Shown piece after piece: positions 9,856-19,219 of a stretch of 64,000 nucleotides of DNA. The first letter of the stretch is position 1. Each line of letters opens with the position of its first letter. Location of the stretch: assembly GCA_000091205.1 (NCBI GenBank), contig AP006489.2, one strand, 5' to 3'. The notes beneath the pieces were generated by a model, which saw nothing but the letters and a program-made list of their open reading frames with translations, made no database searches and was not told the DNA's origin. This DNA comes from Cyanidioschyzon merolae. Lineage: Eukaryota. A program made the translations under genes and the position numbers.

Positions 9856-12492
9856 CTAGAAACGTTCCTGGATAAAGAGGATCGGTTTCTTCGTACCGAG
9901 GCGCTCGGGTTGCCTCTGGACTTTGTGCATGGCCCGTCGAACACTCGCACCAAGGGCTGGATTCCCACAGAAAAAGATGCCTCTTTGTACGTCGTTGGAG
10001 AAGCCAGACACGCGATTGAACTGTTTCACCTGGATAATGTTCCCAAAAAGTCTTTCAAACTCGTACGGATCGCGCAGGTCCAACAAATCCTCGATGAACG
10101 TTTCAAAGCGGGGCCGTCCCTGGTGAAACTGCAGTATCGACTTGGTTGATTGGCCGGCTTCCAGGATGCTCGCAGGAATCTCGCCTCTCGTCAGAAATAT
10201 GTGTACCCGAACGCGCGGAATCAGGTCAGGAGTCCAGGTTTGCGCCAAGTCGAACAGGCCTTGAATACCCCACAGGTCCGCGTATTCGCGCACCACCCAG
10301 ACAAAAGTTAGACTGAACACGTTCGCATACAGACGCTGCTCCTGCTGCTCCTGCTGCTCCTGCTGCTCCTGCTGCTCCTGCTGCTCCTGCTGCTCCTGCT
10401 GCTCCTGCTGCTCCTGCTGCTCCTGCTGCTCCTGCTGCTCCTGCTGCTCCTGCTGCTCCTGCTGCTCCTGCTGCTCTACATGGGAGACCTTATCGTCGGA
10501 TTGGACGCACCGCTGCTGCGCCACAGCTGTCCCAAGACCGTTCCCCCTCCGCGAGAGCAAGGCGCTCGCTTTCCGTCCCAGATGACGCACGCGCCTCAGC
10601 TGGATACGCCACGGCCGCGGCAGATAGAAAATTCTGAGGGTCAGCGCAAACATGATACTTTTGATACAGAAGAGGACGAGGGCGATGATGCGCATCGCAT
10701 TCCCTGCGCCGTCCATATAATGCGACGAGTGTTGTTCGATGCCGAAGAGCGTTGCACCCACGACCAGGTCTGCAACGAGGAGTCCGCAAACACTCAGTGA
10801 TACAAAGCCGCGCGGGGTGCCGACGTAACGCCAGCGAGGCGGATCCAATGTCACCAGCATATCCGACGCAATCGTGAACGAGAAGAGAAAAAGAAGCACT
10901 GCCGAGCTGGTGAAATCCGCAACTAAGGCTACATTGGCATCGAATGCATTTGCGATGACATAAATCGTCAAGCTAATGTACAGCATCCAGAGCAGACTGA
11001 ACAGCCAGAGGCTACTCAATACAAAAGCCCGTAGTCGATCAATTCGCGTTTCCGTTTGGAATATTCCAACGCGCTCTTTCATGTACATCGAAAGGATGCC
11101 AGATTTCCGTATTCGATCCAGCAACTGTGCCGATGTTTCCTGTTTGCTCAGTGTATCGAGAGTCCCGTGCTGCGTTCCGGCCCTGATTCCTCGAATATCA
11201 TCATCGGACGCATCCGCGATGCCGGCCAATTTGGCGGGAGCACGAGCGCTACATATTTCCCGGAGTATGGAGACCATCGGGGTTGCACCAACGCCGCTTC
11301 CGATCAGCAACTGGTAGGGAAAGTGCAGATGGGACTGCGCCGGTGCTCCATACGGGCCTGCCAAGAGCACCCGGTACGCCTCGATTGTCGTCATACATAT
11401 CCGTTCAGGGGCCAAATCGAGGCCGTCCGCCGTTGTTGTCGCTGCTTCTGCCACTGCTGCTTCTGCAAGGCTGTGCAGCCTGCGAGTCCATTTGCCCACT
11501 GCCGCAATGTAGAACGTGATGCGATCCGAGTCGCATGACGGTGCGCTTGCGGCTGTGAACGGATGCCAAGCATCAGCGGGCATACCACACCCTTTGCGCG
11601 TGTCGATGATCATGATCTTGAAATACTGGCCCGGTAGGTAGACCGCGTTCCGTCGTTCAACGGAGAGCTTCACGATATTGGAGTTTGCCTGAGCCAGACT
11701 GAGCACCAGGATGCGCCGAGGAGTTACGGTCGCCCGGGAGAGCTGATACAAGCGGTCGATGATATAGAGGAATACCGGGCCTGCGAAGAAGTACACCGTC
11801 CAGGGCCGGCCGCCTCGCAAGCCGTGAAATACCAGACAGATGTATACCAGGACCGCAATCGGACGGTGCGTCCACCAGAACAGGCGGAACCATTTCCGGC
11901 GTACAGTTTCAACTCCAAAACCGAGCAAAGGAACCAGCAAAACCATGAGCACCACACCTGTGACAAAAAGCATGGTCGCTGGCAGTGCCGCTGGTCCCGT
12001 GAACAAACCGCCACGAAATACGAACACGCTCGCAGCGTAGTTGACGATCTGGGCGATGCCGTGAATCCAGCCGGTTGCGGCAAGTGACGTCCCTACGATG
12101 GTGTGCATGTCGGGTATCCATCGCTCCACACATAGCAGGTCGTAGAGAGGTGTGCGGTACAGAACCGTCGCTAGAGTGCGGTTTATCGTGAGCGGGAGGA
12201 CAAGCGAACAGAATGTGCACGCAAATCCCATGCCCCGTGCGATGGATCCCGCATACCGCAGGATACCACTGGGGCGCAAGTCGACGATAACGTAGCGTAC
12301 CCCGTAAGCAAAGAACCACGACATGGCACAGAAGAACAGGAGAACAATCGAGTACCAAAGCCCGTTTTCAACGAGGTGGATATTCCATATTTGCGTACGT
12401 TCCGTCAGGCTGGGATCGAGATTCGACTCGTTCTGTTTTGCTTTGTTCATCAGTATCGTACGAAAAACGCAGATGGAATAACCACAAGTCAA
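9856..12492 (-). CDS. NADPH oxidase / ferric-reductase family protein (NOX/Rboh-like). A ~330-aa insertion with four predicted TM helices plus a (QEQ)n tract lies inside the NADPH-binding domain.
   Basis: The 878-aa ORF has the ferric-reductase TM domain with His-containing helices. It has the FAD-binding 'HPFTAAS' and the NAD motif 'LLIGSGVGATP'. After the insertion the C-terminal NOX tail is 'FFCGNPALGASVRRA'. The insertion contains 4 hydrophobic helices and the QEQ tract. The reading frame stays open for ~1 kb, so coding is favoured over an intron. Confidence 0.85.
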   Translation of the reverse strand: MTCGYSICVFRTILMNKAKQNESNLDPSLTERTQIWNIHLVENGLWYSIVLLFFCAMSWFFAYGVRYVIVDLRPSGILRYAGSIARGMGFACTFCSLVLPLTINRTLATVLYRTPLYDLLCVERWIPDMHTIVGTSLAATGWIHGIAQIVNYAASVFVFRGGLFTGPAALPATMLFVTGVVLMVLLVPLLGFGVETVRRKWFRLFWWTHRPIAVLVYICLVFHGLRGGRPWTVYFFAGPVFLYIIDRLYQLSRATVTPRRILVLSLAQANSNIVKLSVERRNAVYLPGQYFKIMIIDTRKGCGMPADAWHPFTAASAPSCDSDRITFYIAAVGKWTRRLHSLAEAAVAEAATTTADGLDLAPERICMTTIEAYRVLLAGPYGAPAQSHLHFPYQLLIGSGVGATPMVSILREICSARAPAKLAGIADASDDDIRGIRAGTQHGTLDTLSKQETSAQLLDRIRKSGILSMYMKERVGIFQTETRIDRLRAFVLSSLWLFSLLWMLYISLTIYVIANAFDANVALVADFTSSAVLLFLFSFTIASDMLVTLDPPRWRYVGTPRGFVSLSVCGLLVADLVVGATLFGIEQHSSHYMDGAGNAMRIIALVLFCIKSIMFALTLRIFYLPRPWRIQLRRVRHLGRKASALLSRRGNGLGTAVAQQRCVQSDDKVSHVEQQEQQEQQEQQEQQEQQEQQEQQEQQEQQEQQEQQEQQEQQEQQEQRLYANVFSLTFVWVVREYADLWGIQGLFDLAQTWTPDLIPRVRVHIFLTRGEIPASILEAGQSTKSILQFHQGRPRFETFIEDLLDLRDPYEFERLFGNIIQVKQFNRVSGFSNDVQRGIFFCGNPALGASVRRAMHKVQRQPERLGTKKPILFIQERF
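10335..10476. repeat. In-frame 9-nt microsatellite (CTGCTCCTG)~15.8, encoding (QEQ)n inside the NOX CDS.
   Basis: A perfect 9-bp periodicity is visible over ~142 bp. On the minus strand it translates to QEQQEQQEQ. Confidence 0.9.
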
Positions 12493-13515
12493 GTCTCTTC
12501 GGCAGGTGAGCGAATCACGGACAAGTGCAGCGCCAGCGCACGTTGGGAACCAGGCTTATTCGCTGGTAGGCTCGCTCGTTGTCGCCTCGGAACAGATGCT
12601 GCAGCTCCGTCTCACCGGTTGACTACAGTCCTCCGGGCACCGTGCAACCTTCCTTTCCAAACAGTGCGTTGCCCGAACCACTTTTACTTGCTAGGCAGTG
12701 CGCTAAAGGCTTCTGCAGAGCTGGCTACCAACGGATGCTATAGACCGACGGCGCCAACTCAGCACCAGGCATCGCTGACGCATCATGCACTCCATCTAGA
12801 CAAACCTGCCACTGCAGCCTGTTGATTGCATGCCGCGGCGTATACACGCACGAGACATATACGCAAGCACCAGCTCATCTGTAGTACTGATGCGTCCATT
12901 GGAAACCTGGTAAGAGTCAACGATTCTGCATCACGAGAAGCTCGTCGTGTGGTATTGTCGGGAAGCGATCCGCTCAGATATGCCTATCGTAGGTAGCATG
13001 GTTTAGCGGCGATACCGCACCGTGGCGCTGCGCGGTGCGTGCAGCAACAGCGCCGCGGCACAAACGCATACGAACGCACTGCGGATCGCGTTTATCATTA
13101 CGTGCATGATGCGCAGCGCCAAACAAGTCTTTCCAAGTTTTCGTTACATGATTACGTCAAAGAGCGTGAGCCGAAGCTTTCGTGGAGTGTGCATATGCAC
13201 CAAGTGTATGCTCGCTGGGTTTTTCTTGAGCGGTCACGTCGCTGGTCAGCGTGCCGAGTCTGGGTGACGACTTTCACGATCTCGCACGTTGCACAGCAGC
13301 GTGTTCAAGTTGGAGAGACTTGCTGGTACTTTCCGTGTGTTTCGGTTGCCGGGCCGGAAAAGAAGCAAGCAGATTGCTCGCGGGCGCCTCGGTATACGCA
13401 ATAGGATCGCGCGCTCAAGTGGCAGCCTCCTCACAGTTAGTCTTCAACCGCGTGCCCTGAAAATTAGAACCCTTTGAGTAGGCGGTATGGAAACGCACAA
13501 AGTTCGATGATGCTC

Positions 13516-14727
13516 CTAGAATGCGTCTGTCGCCCAGAAAACATGTCGGTCCATTTCAGGCAGCGCCTGTTGTCCCGCATCCTGCTCAAGGAGTGCCCGA
13601 TACATATATCCGTGGTCTTCCGTCGTTTCGAGAACTGCCGATGATCCACCGATGAGTGGAAGCAGCGGCGCCGCTAGAACAGCGCAAACTTGACGAACGT
13701 CGGGCGAAACTGCCCTCGCGAGGAATGCATCAAGATAGAGGCCTGCTCGTTTGAGTCCACAAAGTCGAACAACGAACTCTCGCACATGAATGGCGTCTTC
13801 TCGTTTTTGGAGAATCGCGTAGGCTTCTTTCGTACGTGTCTGCAATCGAAAGGGCGTTAGATTCGCGTCATTCCATTCGGTGTCACCGCTTTCCGCCCGC
13901 ACCCATCTCTGCCAGTACGCCGGGTCATCGCGAACGATGCAGCCGTCAAACCTGGATGCGAACTCTGCGTACGCTTCCGAGCAGCGCTGAATTTCCACCT
14001 CGCTCCCCAAGGCCAATGTTTCAATATGATCGCGATGGGAATGTGCAACTTCTCGAACGACACGGACGAATTTTTGTGGGACTGAAATCCATCCAAGAGA
14101 GCGATACAGCGACTCGGAGCTGCTCGTATGCAAAAACGACAGCGCAAAACCAGCAGCTCGCATTCGGGTACTCGCCTCTTCGAGCAGTCGGGACGCAATG
14201 CCCTGTCTCCGGTACGCTGAAGCGACACTTACCTCGCCAATACCAGCCGCAGACACCGCTGATCCCTTGAGATAGACACGTCGTCGGAAGATTCGCAGCG
14301 AGCCAATAAACTTGTCCTGCTCTCCGACAGCGACGAGGATGTCTTCCGACAAACGTTCCACAGCGCCGGGATCGTTTTCGACATGTCTCAGAAAATATGA
14401 ACGAGGAGGCGCGGCAGTTCCCTTCGCGTCTTTGAAAACGCCGTAGACAAATTCCAACCAAGCTTCGAGTTCCTCGGAGCGGAGTCCACGGACTTGGTAG
14501 CTGGCCATGTTTAGTTGTAGCCTAGTCCAGGAACGCGAATAGACTTTCCACGGAGAGACGCGCTTTCGCCGGCACGTGTGTGTTGCCACAACCGGAGCCT
14601 CGCTGGAGGCGTTCACTGAGTGAGCCGCGCGGTAGCCCAGCGTCGTACAGCAGAACGCTGTTCGTGGGCCTCTCGTCTCCCTCATTCCGGTCGCGTCGCC
14701 ACTGGTCAATGTTCTAACCAGTGGCAA
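13516..14727 (-). CDS. GNAT-family N-acetyltransferase. The likely true start is the internal Met 'MASYQVRGL', giving ~330 aa.
   Basis: The acetyl-CoA binding motif 'YRRQGIASRLLEEA' (Q/RxxGxG/A) is present with the surrounding GNAT fold pattern. The N-terminal 70 aa of the ORF are low-complexity. Confidence 0.6.
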   Translation of the reverse strand: MPLVRTLTSGDATGMRETRGPRTAFCCTTLGYRAAHSVNASSEAPVVATHTCRRKRVSPWKVYSRSWTRLQLNMASYQVRGLRSEELEAWLEFVYGVFKDAKGTAAPPRSYFLRHVENDPGAVERLSEDILVAVGEQDKFIGSLRIFRRRVYLKGSAVSAAGIGEVSVASAYRRQGIASRLLEEASTRMRAAGFALSFLHTSSSESLYRSLGWISVPQKFVRVVREVAHSHRDHIETLALGSEVEIQRCSEAYAEFASRFDGCIVRDDPAYWQRWVRAESGDTEWNDANLTPFRLQTRTKEAYAILQKREDAIHVREFVVRLCGLKRAGLYLDAFLARAVSPDVRQVCAVLAAPLLPLIGGSSAVLETTEDHGYMYRALLEQDAGQQALPEMDRHVFWATDAF

Positions 14728-15079
14728 GAGTCTTCTACGGCTTTCTAGACCTCATTTCGTGTAGCAGGTTCCACGGCATTGCCTACCTCTGGATTTCGGA
14801 AATCATTGTACAAAAAGACACTTTACCCCCATGTCAGAATATCGTAGAAAGGGTCAACAGCGCTAAGTCGGCGAGCAATGCATAGTTTCGGTTTCTTCTC
14901 TCTATCATCAATACTAGCCATTGCGGGGTTTCTCAGCGACAGCTTCCTTTTTTTCCCTCTTGTCTCTGGCTTTAACCAGGTAAGGCTTTCCTTTTCCGTC
15001 AGCTCTATTCTGAGCAGTTGAACGACATGGATGGCATCGTTCAAGTTCAGGTTTCGCGACTTCCAACCGCTGTCGACAC

Positions 15080-15645
15080 GTTTCATGCACAGGCGAAAGT
15101 TGTGATCTACGCTTCGCTTGTCGGTGCCATATTCCTTGGACGCAACTTCGTTGCGCCTCCGTCGGTGATGACATTTGACGTTGGTGAGGTGTTCCTAGAT
15201 GTGCACCACACCTTCTCCTTCGAGGGCAACCCTGTGGTGCATGGACGTTTGCTTCATCACTCGGCACATGCCCTTGACGAGTACAGGAGGCGCCCCGAGT
15301 TCCGTGCTCCTTTTCCGCTCACGGTGCAGAACAATAAGATTTTGGGCTTCTTCTGAGCAATCACCTCAGCGAGTTCGTCGGATGCAGCAAGCGTACGCAT
15401 ACGCCGTTTCATTTGATACAGGATTTGTGGAATGCCATGCTGTCCATGATGAAACAACTACATATAGGATCATCCAGACTAGAGAACAATTCGAGAACAT
15501 TCGATCCGTCTGTTCTCCACTCGTACCGAGCGGTGAAGCACGCTTCATCAAGAGGAATCGCTCGGAAGCGTCAAGTACGAGTCCAAGACCCTTTTCCACG
15601 CAAACAGAAGCGAAGGAAGCCTCTGGGGGCATATACTCGAGTGAG
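15080..15645 (+). repeat. Interspersed repeat family B, copy 1 (~570 bp)
   Basis: This stretch is 75-80% identical at nucleotide level to 21040-21615, 41805-42365 and 53800-54380. Shared blocks include 'tttcatgcacaggc...', 'gcacatgcccttgac', 'caggatttgtggaatgc.atgctgt.catgatgaaacaa' and 'cctctggg.gcata'. ORFs within copies fall in inconsistent frames. Confidence 0.6.
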
Positions 15646-16646
15646 AACATGCTGCACTGGAATGCCGTTTCATTGATGGGCATATAGAGAGGAGTACTCG
15701 TCGTTCGAACGGAATCGATTATATGACGTGACGAGTTCAATGAACTCTCGGCATGAATTTGTGAACAATTCGCCTGATGACGACGTCGAGTTTTTCCCTT
15801 GCTAACCCGGCGATGATGTTGCCCGCACCTACGTGTTGCCGCGAAGCAGAAACATAGAGAACCTAAAGAATGCGGGAACTGGCATGCCAGCCTGTAGCAA
15901 GAAAGAGACGTCGCGACCTCTACATGTGAATAAGCTACTGGTATCGATCAATTTATGAAACCATGTTTGATAGCGGTGCGAATTATCATGATTCTGATGA
16001 TGGAACGAATGCCAGCGGAAAATTGCCGAGGGAGCCTCTCAGGGAAGGCGATTGGAAACCCAGAAGCTACATAGAAACCGCAAGCCCTCATCGATGCACT
16101 TTGATTGCACGGGCTGTTCATATTCAAACAGCTGCTGAAAATTTGGAAAGAAAGGAGCACGGCGAGCAGCTCACTTGTCCATTTTCATATGACATAGGTG
16201 TATGATCAAAACCCACCACTGAAAGACGAGTGATTCCGTTTCAGGAACCTCGCTCATGCGACCGACGCCAGCAAGCTCGCTCGCCCGAAGGCCAGTCTCG
16301 ATCCGGATGACAGGCGTCTCGAGGCGAACCCAAATTTGGCGACGCCCGCTCGATCCACCAGGGCCGACGTGCACGCATGCTCGCCGCTGCTGTACACGTG
16401 TCCCGCACGAGGTGACGCGAGCCAGGGATCCAATCGCCACGCGCATGCCGCGTAGCACCCGTGGATGCGAGGCCCTGCGCTGCTCCGGTCCCGAGCGGGC
16501 AAAAGATCATGGTATGGCTGCTGCTTGGATACGCGTTGAGCTGTAGCAATATCGTTCCGCTTCTTTCGCTCAAATTTTTCAGGTCTCAACGAAAAAGTCT
16601 TCAGTAGAGCTCCGAAGATAAAACGCCAAATTGCGGAAGCAGTCGT

Positions 16647-17258
16647 ATGTATGCAGGAATGCGTCTTAGAGTTGTCGCATTGCTCTTGATGCTCGTCACA
16701 TATCTGTGCGTTCCGAGTGCTGCGCTCGGTGTTGCCGCTGAGGATACGATTCAGGGCTCGCGTACCGTTCTCCGTGCTGCACCGGGCACAGAGTTTCGGA
16801 TTGGTGGCCCTGTCACGATCCAAAACATGACGATCGCTGCAAACTATCTCGTTGGAATCGAGGTGGCGCCAATGCCCCCGGGCATGCCAGATCCAGCGGC
16901 ACAAAATGTTGTGCATTTGGAGGCTGATGTGCACGCCACATCCACGAATCCCTGGGGATTCCCCAATGGATCCTGGATCCCGTACCTGAGCATTGTCTAC
17001 ACGATCAGCAAAGAGGGATCATCCTGGAGCGCCCGGGGTGTTCTCAGCCCTATGACTGCAGATGATGGCCCGCACTACGCCGACAGTCTGACACTTGCGG
17101 GTCCGGGTCGCTATGCGCTCATATACAAGCTCATTCCACCGCAAGTGAATGGTTTTCTAAGACACGTTGATCACGCGACTGGTGTGCCCGACTGGTGGAC
17201 GCCCTTCGAGGTGCCGTTCAACTTCACGTATCCGGTTGAAACAGCGTCAGCATCTTAA
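16647..17258 (+). CDS. Secreted P19/Ftp-family Fe2+ transport (Fe/Cu-binding) protein homolog, the periplasmic partner of FTR1 permeases in bacteria.
   Basis: The 203-aa ORF starts with a signal peptide, 'MRLRVVALLLMLVTYLCVPSAALG'. The motif 'HLEAD' (H-x-E-x-D) is followed by a Met exactly 46 residues after the His ('SPMTADDGPHY'). A His lies 7 residues after that Met, and a distal 'RHVDH' follows. This reproduces the remembered Cu/Fe ligand spacing of Campylobacter P19 (H42, E44, D46, M88, H95, H132). Confidence 0.75.
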   Translation: MYAGMRLRVVALLLMLVTYLCVPSAALGVAAEDTIQGSRTVLRAAPGTEFRIGGPVTIQNMTIAANYLVGIEVAPMPPGMPDPAAQNVVHLEADVHATSTNPWGFPNGSWIPYLSIVYTISKEGSSWSARGVLSPMTADDGPHYADSLTLAGPGRYALIYKLIPPQVNGFLRHVDHATGVPDWWTPFEVPFNFTYPVETASAS

Positions 17259-18124
17259 AACAATGGATTTCGAATGGAAGGATATCAACCTTAGTTCAAA
17301 GGGATAAGCATGCGATGCAGCGTTATCCGGCGCGTAAATCCTGAACGCGTTTCGTCCACAGTGCCAATGACTTCCGAAAGGATTCCCCGTGGTGGCCTGT
17401 TCGATGTGTAACATAAATGAACTGTGGAAGATGCCCCGGCACCGAGGCGCGCCAAATCACCAAACACCAACAAAACCGTCAACACCATGCCGTTCCTTGC
17501 GGGCAGCGGTCAACGAGGCACCACAACTATGGTGTCATAGCGGGAGCTACGTCGCGTTCAACGGTGCACGCACGAAAAAATATTCGGGCAAAAATGGATA
17601 GAGCTGTGGTGGAATGCCTGTTCAGGTACCGGCTCCATCTCGCACGGAAGGTACAACCAGAAAAGAAACTCTGGCAAGGCTCCCATGACATAAAGACGTA
17701 CAGGGGAATTGCTACTGCGCCCATGGTATCACTTGTAGCGCCGCCAGATTCCAGAGCGCGAGGCACGAGGGTTACCAGCATAGCCTGACTGTAGTCTCCG
17801 TGGCATCTATCGTGAGCGCGCCACAGCTCGTAAACCTTTAAACCCTGATACGATGCATGGGACCAAACACAAGTGCGCTACGGCGTCATTGTATCAAAGA
17901 GTTCAGACACTCATCAAAGTTCGCCTGTGCAAATGCAGATCACATGCTCGGATGTCGAACCGCGTGCTCGACCGTCTGAAGAGCACTGCTTTCTTCCACG
18001 AAATGCGCTGAAGCATTTAAACCTTTGCGAGTAGCTTCCGCGGCCCGATGCGCCCCAGGATCAAGACGATGACGCACTACGCTCCGGGCCGCTGCAACCT
18101 ACGTATATAACTAGGGCAGGCGAT

Positions 18125-18330
18125 GCGGCACACGGCAATGTCAACATCCCTTGAGCCGACGCCCTCTGTGGTACGGCAACGCCGTTGTGTCTCCGTGCAG
18201 CGACCGCACCGGTGCTATAGGCGCTATTGCTGTCGCTTTCGGCAGGCTCGGCACTCGATAGGACGTATGTAGCGACCAGAATATCCGAGACGAGGTATAG
18301 GTAATGTATCTTGGAGGTAGGGCGTTTGAT
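18125..18330 (-). repeat. Interspersed repeat family A, copy in reverse orientation
   Basis: The reverse complement aligns over ~140 bp with 35335-35480. The conserved core is 'aacggcgttgccgt.cca.agag.gcgtcggctc.a', and '...tgccgtgt' also matches. Confidence 0.55.
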
Positions 18331-19219
18331 GGATACCTCACCTCGCACTGAAAAAGACACAAAAAAGTAAGAAAAGAAAAATGCGCATAATCGGAGAACG
18401 CTGGCCTAAGTAACCGTTTTGTCAATGAAAACGTCAACATCCGCCTCCCTGCCGGCATCTATCGATCATGTCTGGTACAGCATCGTTGGCACCAGTTCTC
18501 CATGGAAATAAATCAAAGAATGATGATCCGGGAGCAAAGGCATCTGGGTCTTTCCTCAACGGATGCCGGGGCGGTAACGTCACCAAGCTCCAGCGGCAGA
18601 TACCGCGAGTGCATGCCGCAGCCGCATTAGAATGCTGTGCGAGCTGCGCAAAGTCACGAGGAGCCCTGGCAATCGACGCGCATGCTACCAACGCCGCACC
18701 TAGAGTTGCGGTGCAGTCAAGGCTCGGGAAACTTTGATTCGGCACTCTTGTTGCGCGGTATGACATTGGTGCTGTCGTGCCGGATGCATCACGACATCGA
18801 TGCGGGAATGCGTCATGCATCTGCAAGTTCGACGCTCGCGTCAAGCACAGCGCCAGGCTTTTGATAGTGAGTCGAGGCGCTTCTGGAGCGAACAATGGTT
18901 TTTTTTCTGTGAATAAATGAGCTGCTAGTTGCGTATATCGATGTGAATCGGAGCGCGCCATTCGCGGAACGCATGGTCAGCGTCTATGCTCCCAGTTCAC
19001 GCAGATGCTGATCCATAGTTATACATATATCTACATATATGAATCGTTTCGTGGATGAATACGGTTTGAGGCGGCATGCGCTGCAGCATCGCGTCGCACG
19101 CCTCTGTCCTGGCACCAACACTGGCGCAACTCTGTTCGCCATACCGTTGTGCTGTACTGACAGCTCCGCCGCGGGCGTCTACGAGCGTGACTGAGTCGCA
19201 CCGCTGCCGTGTATAACGC

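Noticed and set aside
9820-10149. 109-aa plus-strand ORF overlapping the 3' end of the NOX gene
   Set aside because: It is fully contained in the antisense of a strongly supported CDS. No motif was recognised.
15080-15645. A possibility that repeat family B encodes a conserved small protein on the minus strand (peptides such as FHxxQxxIPQIL and LAExIAQKKP recur in the copies).
   Set aside because: With ~80% nucleotide identity, peptide similarity appears in every frame. The similar peptides sit in different frames or ORFs in different copies, and stops interrupt them. The family is interpreted as non-coding repeats, not a gene family.
9856-17258. An iron-uptake gene cluster formed by the NOX/ferric reductase, P19 and the ZIP transporter (36845).
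   Set aside because: The genes are separated by unrelated housekeeping genes (GNAT, repeats, Rpn5 and more) over >25 kb. Eukaryotic genomes are not organised in operons. Co-occurrence in the window is most likely coincidental, although co-regulation under iron limitation could still be tested.
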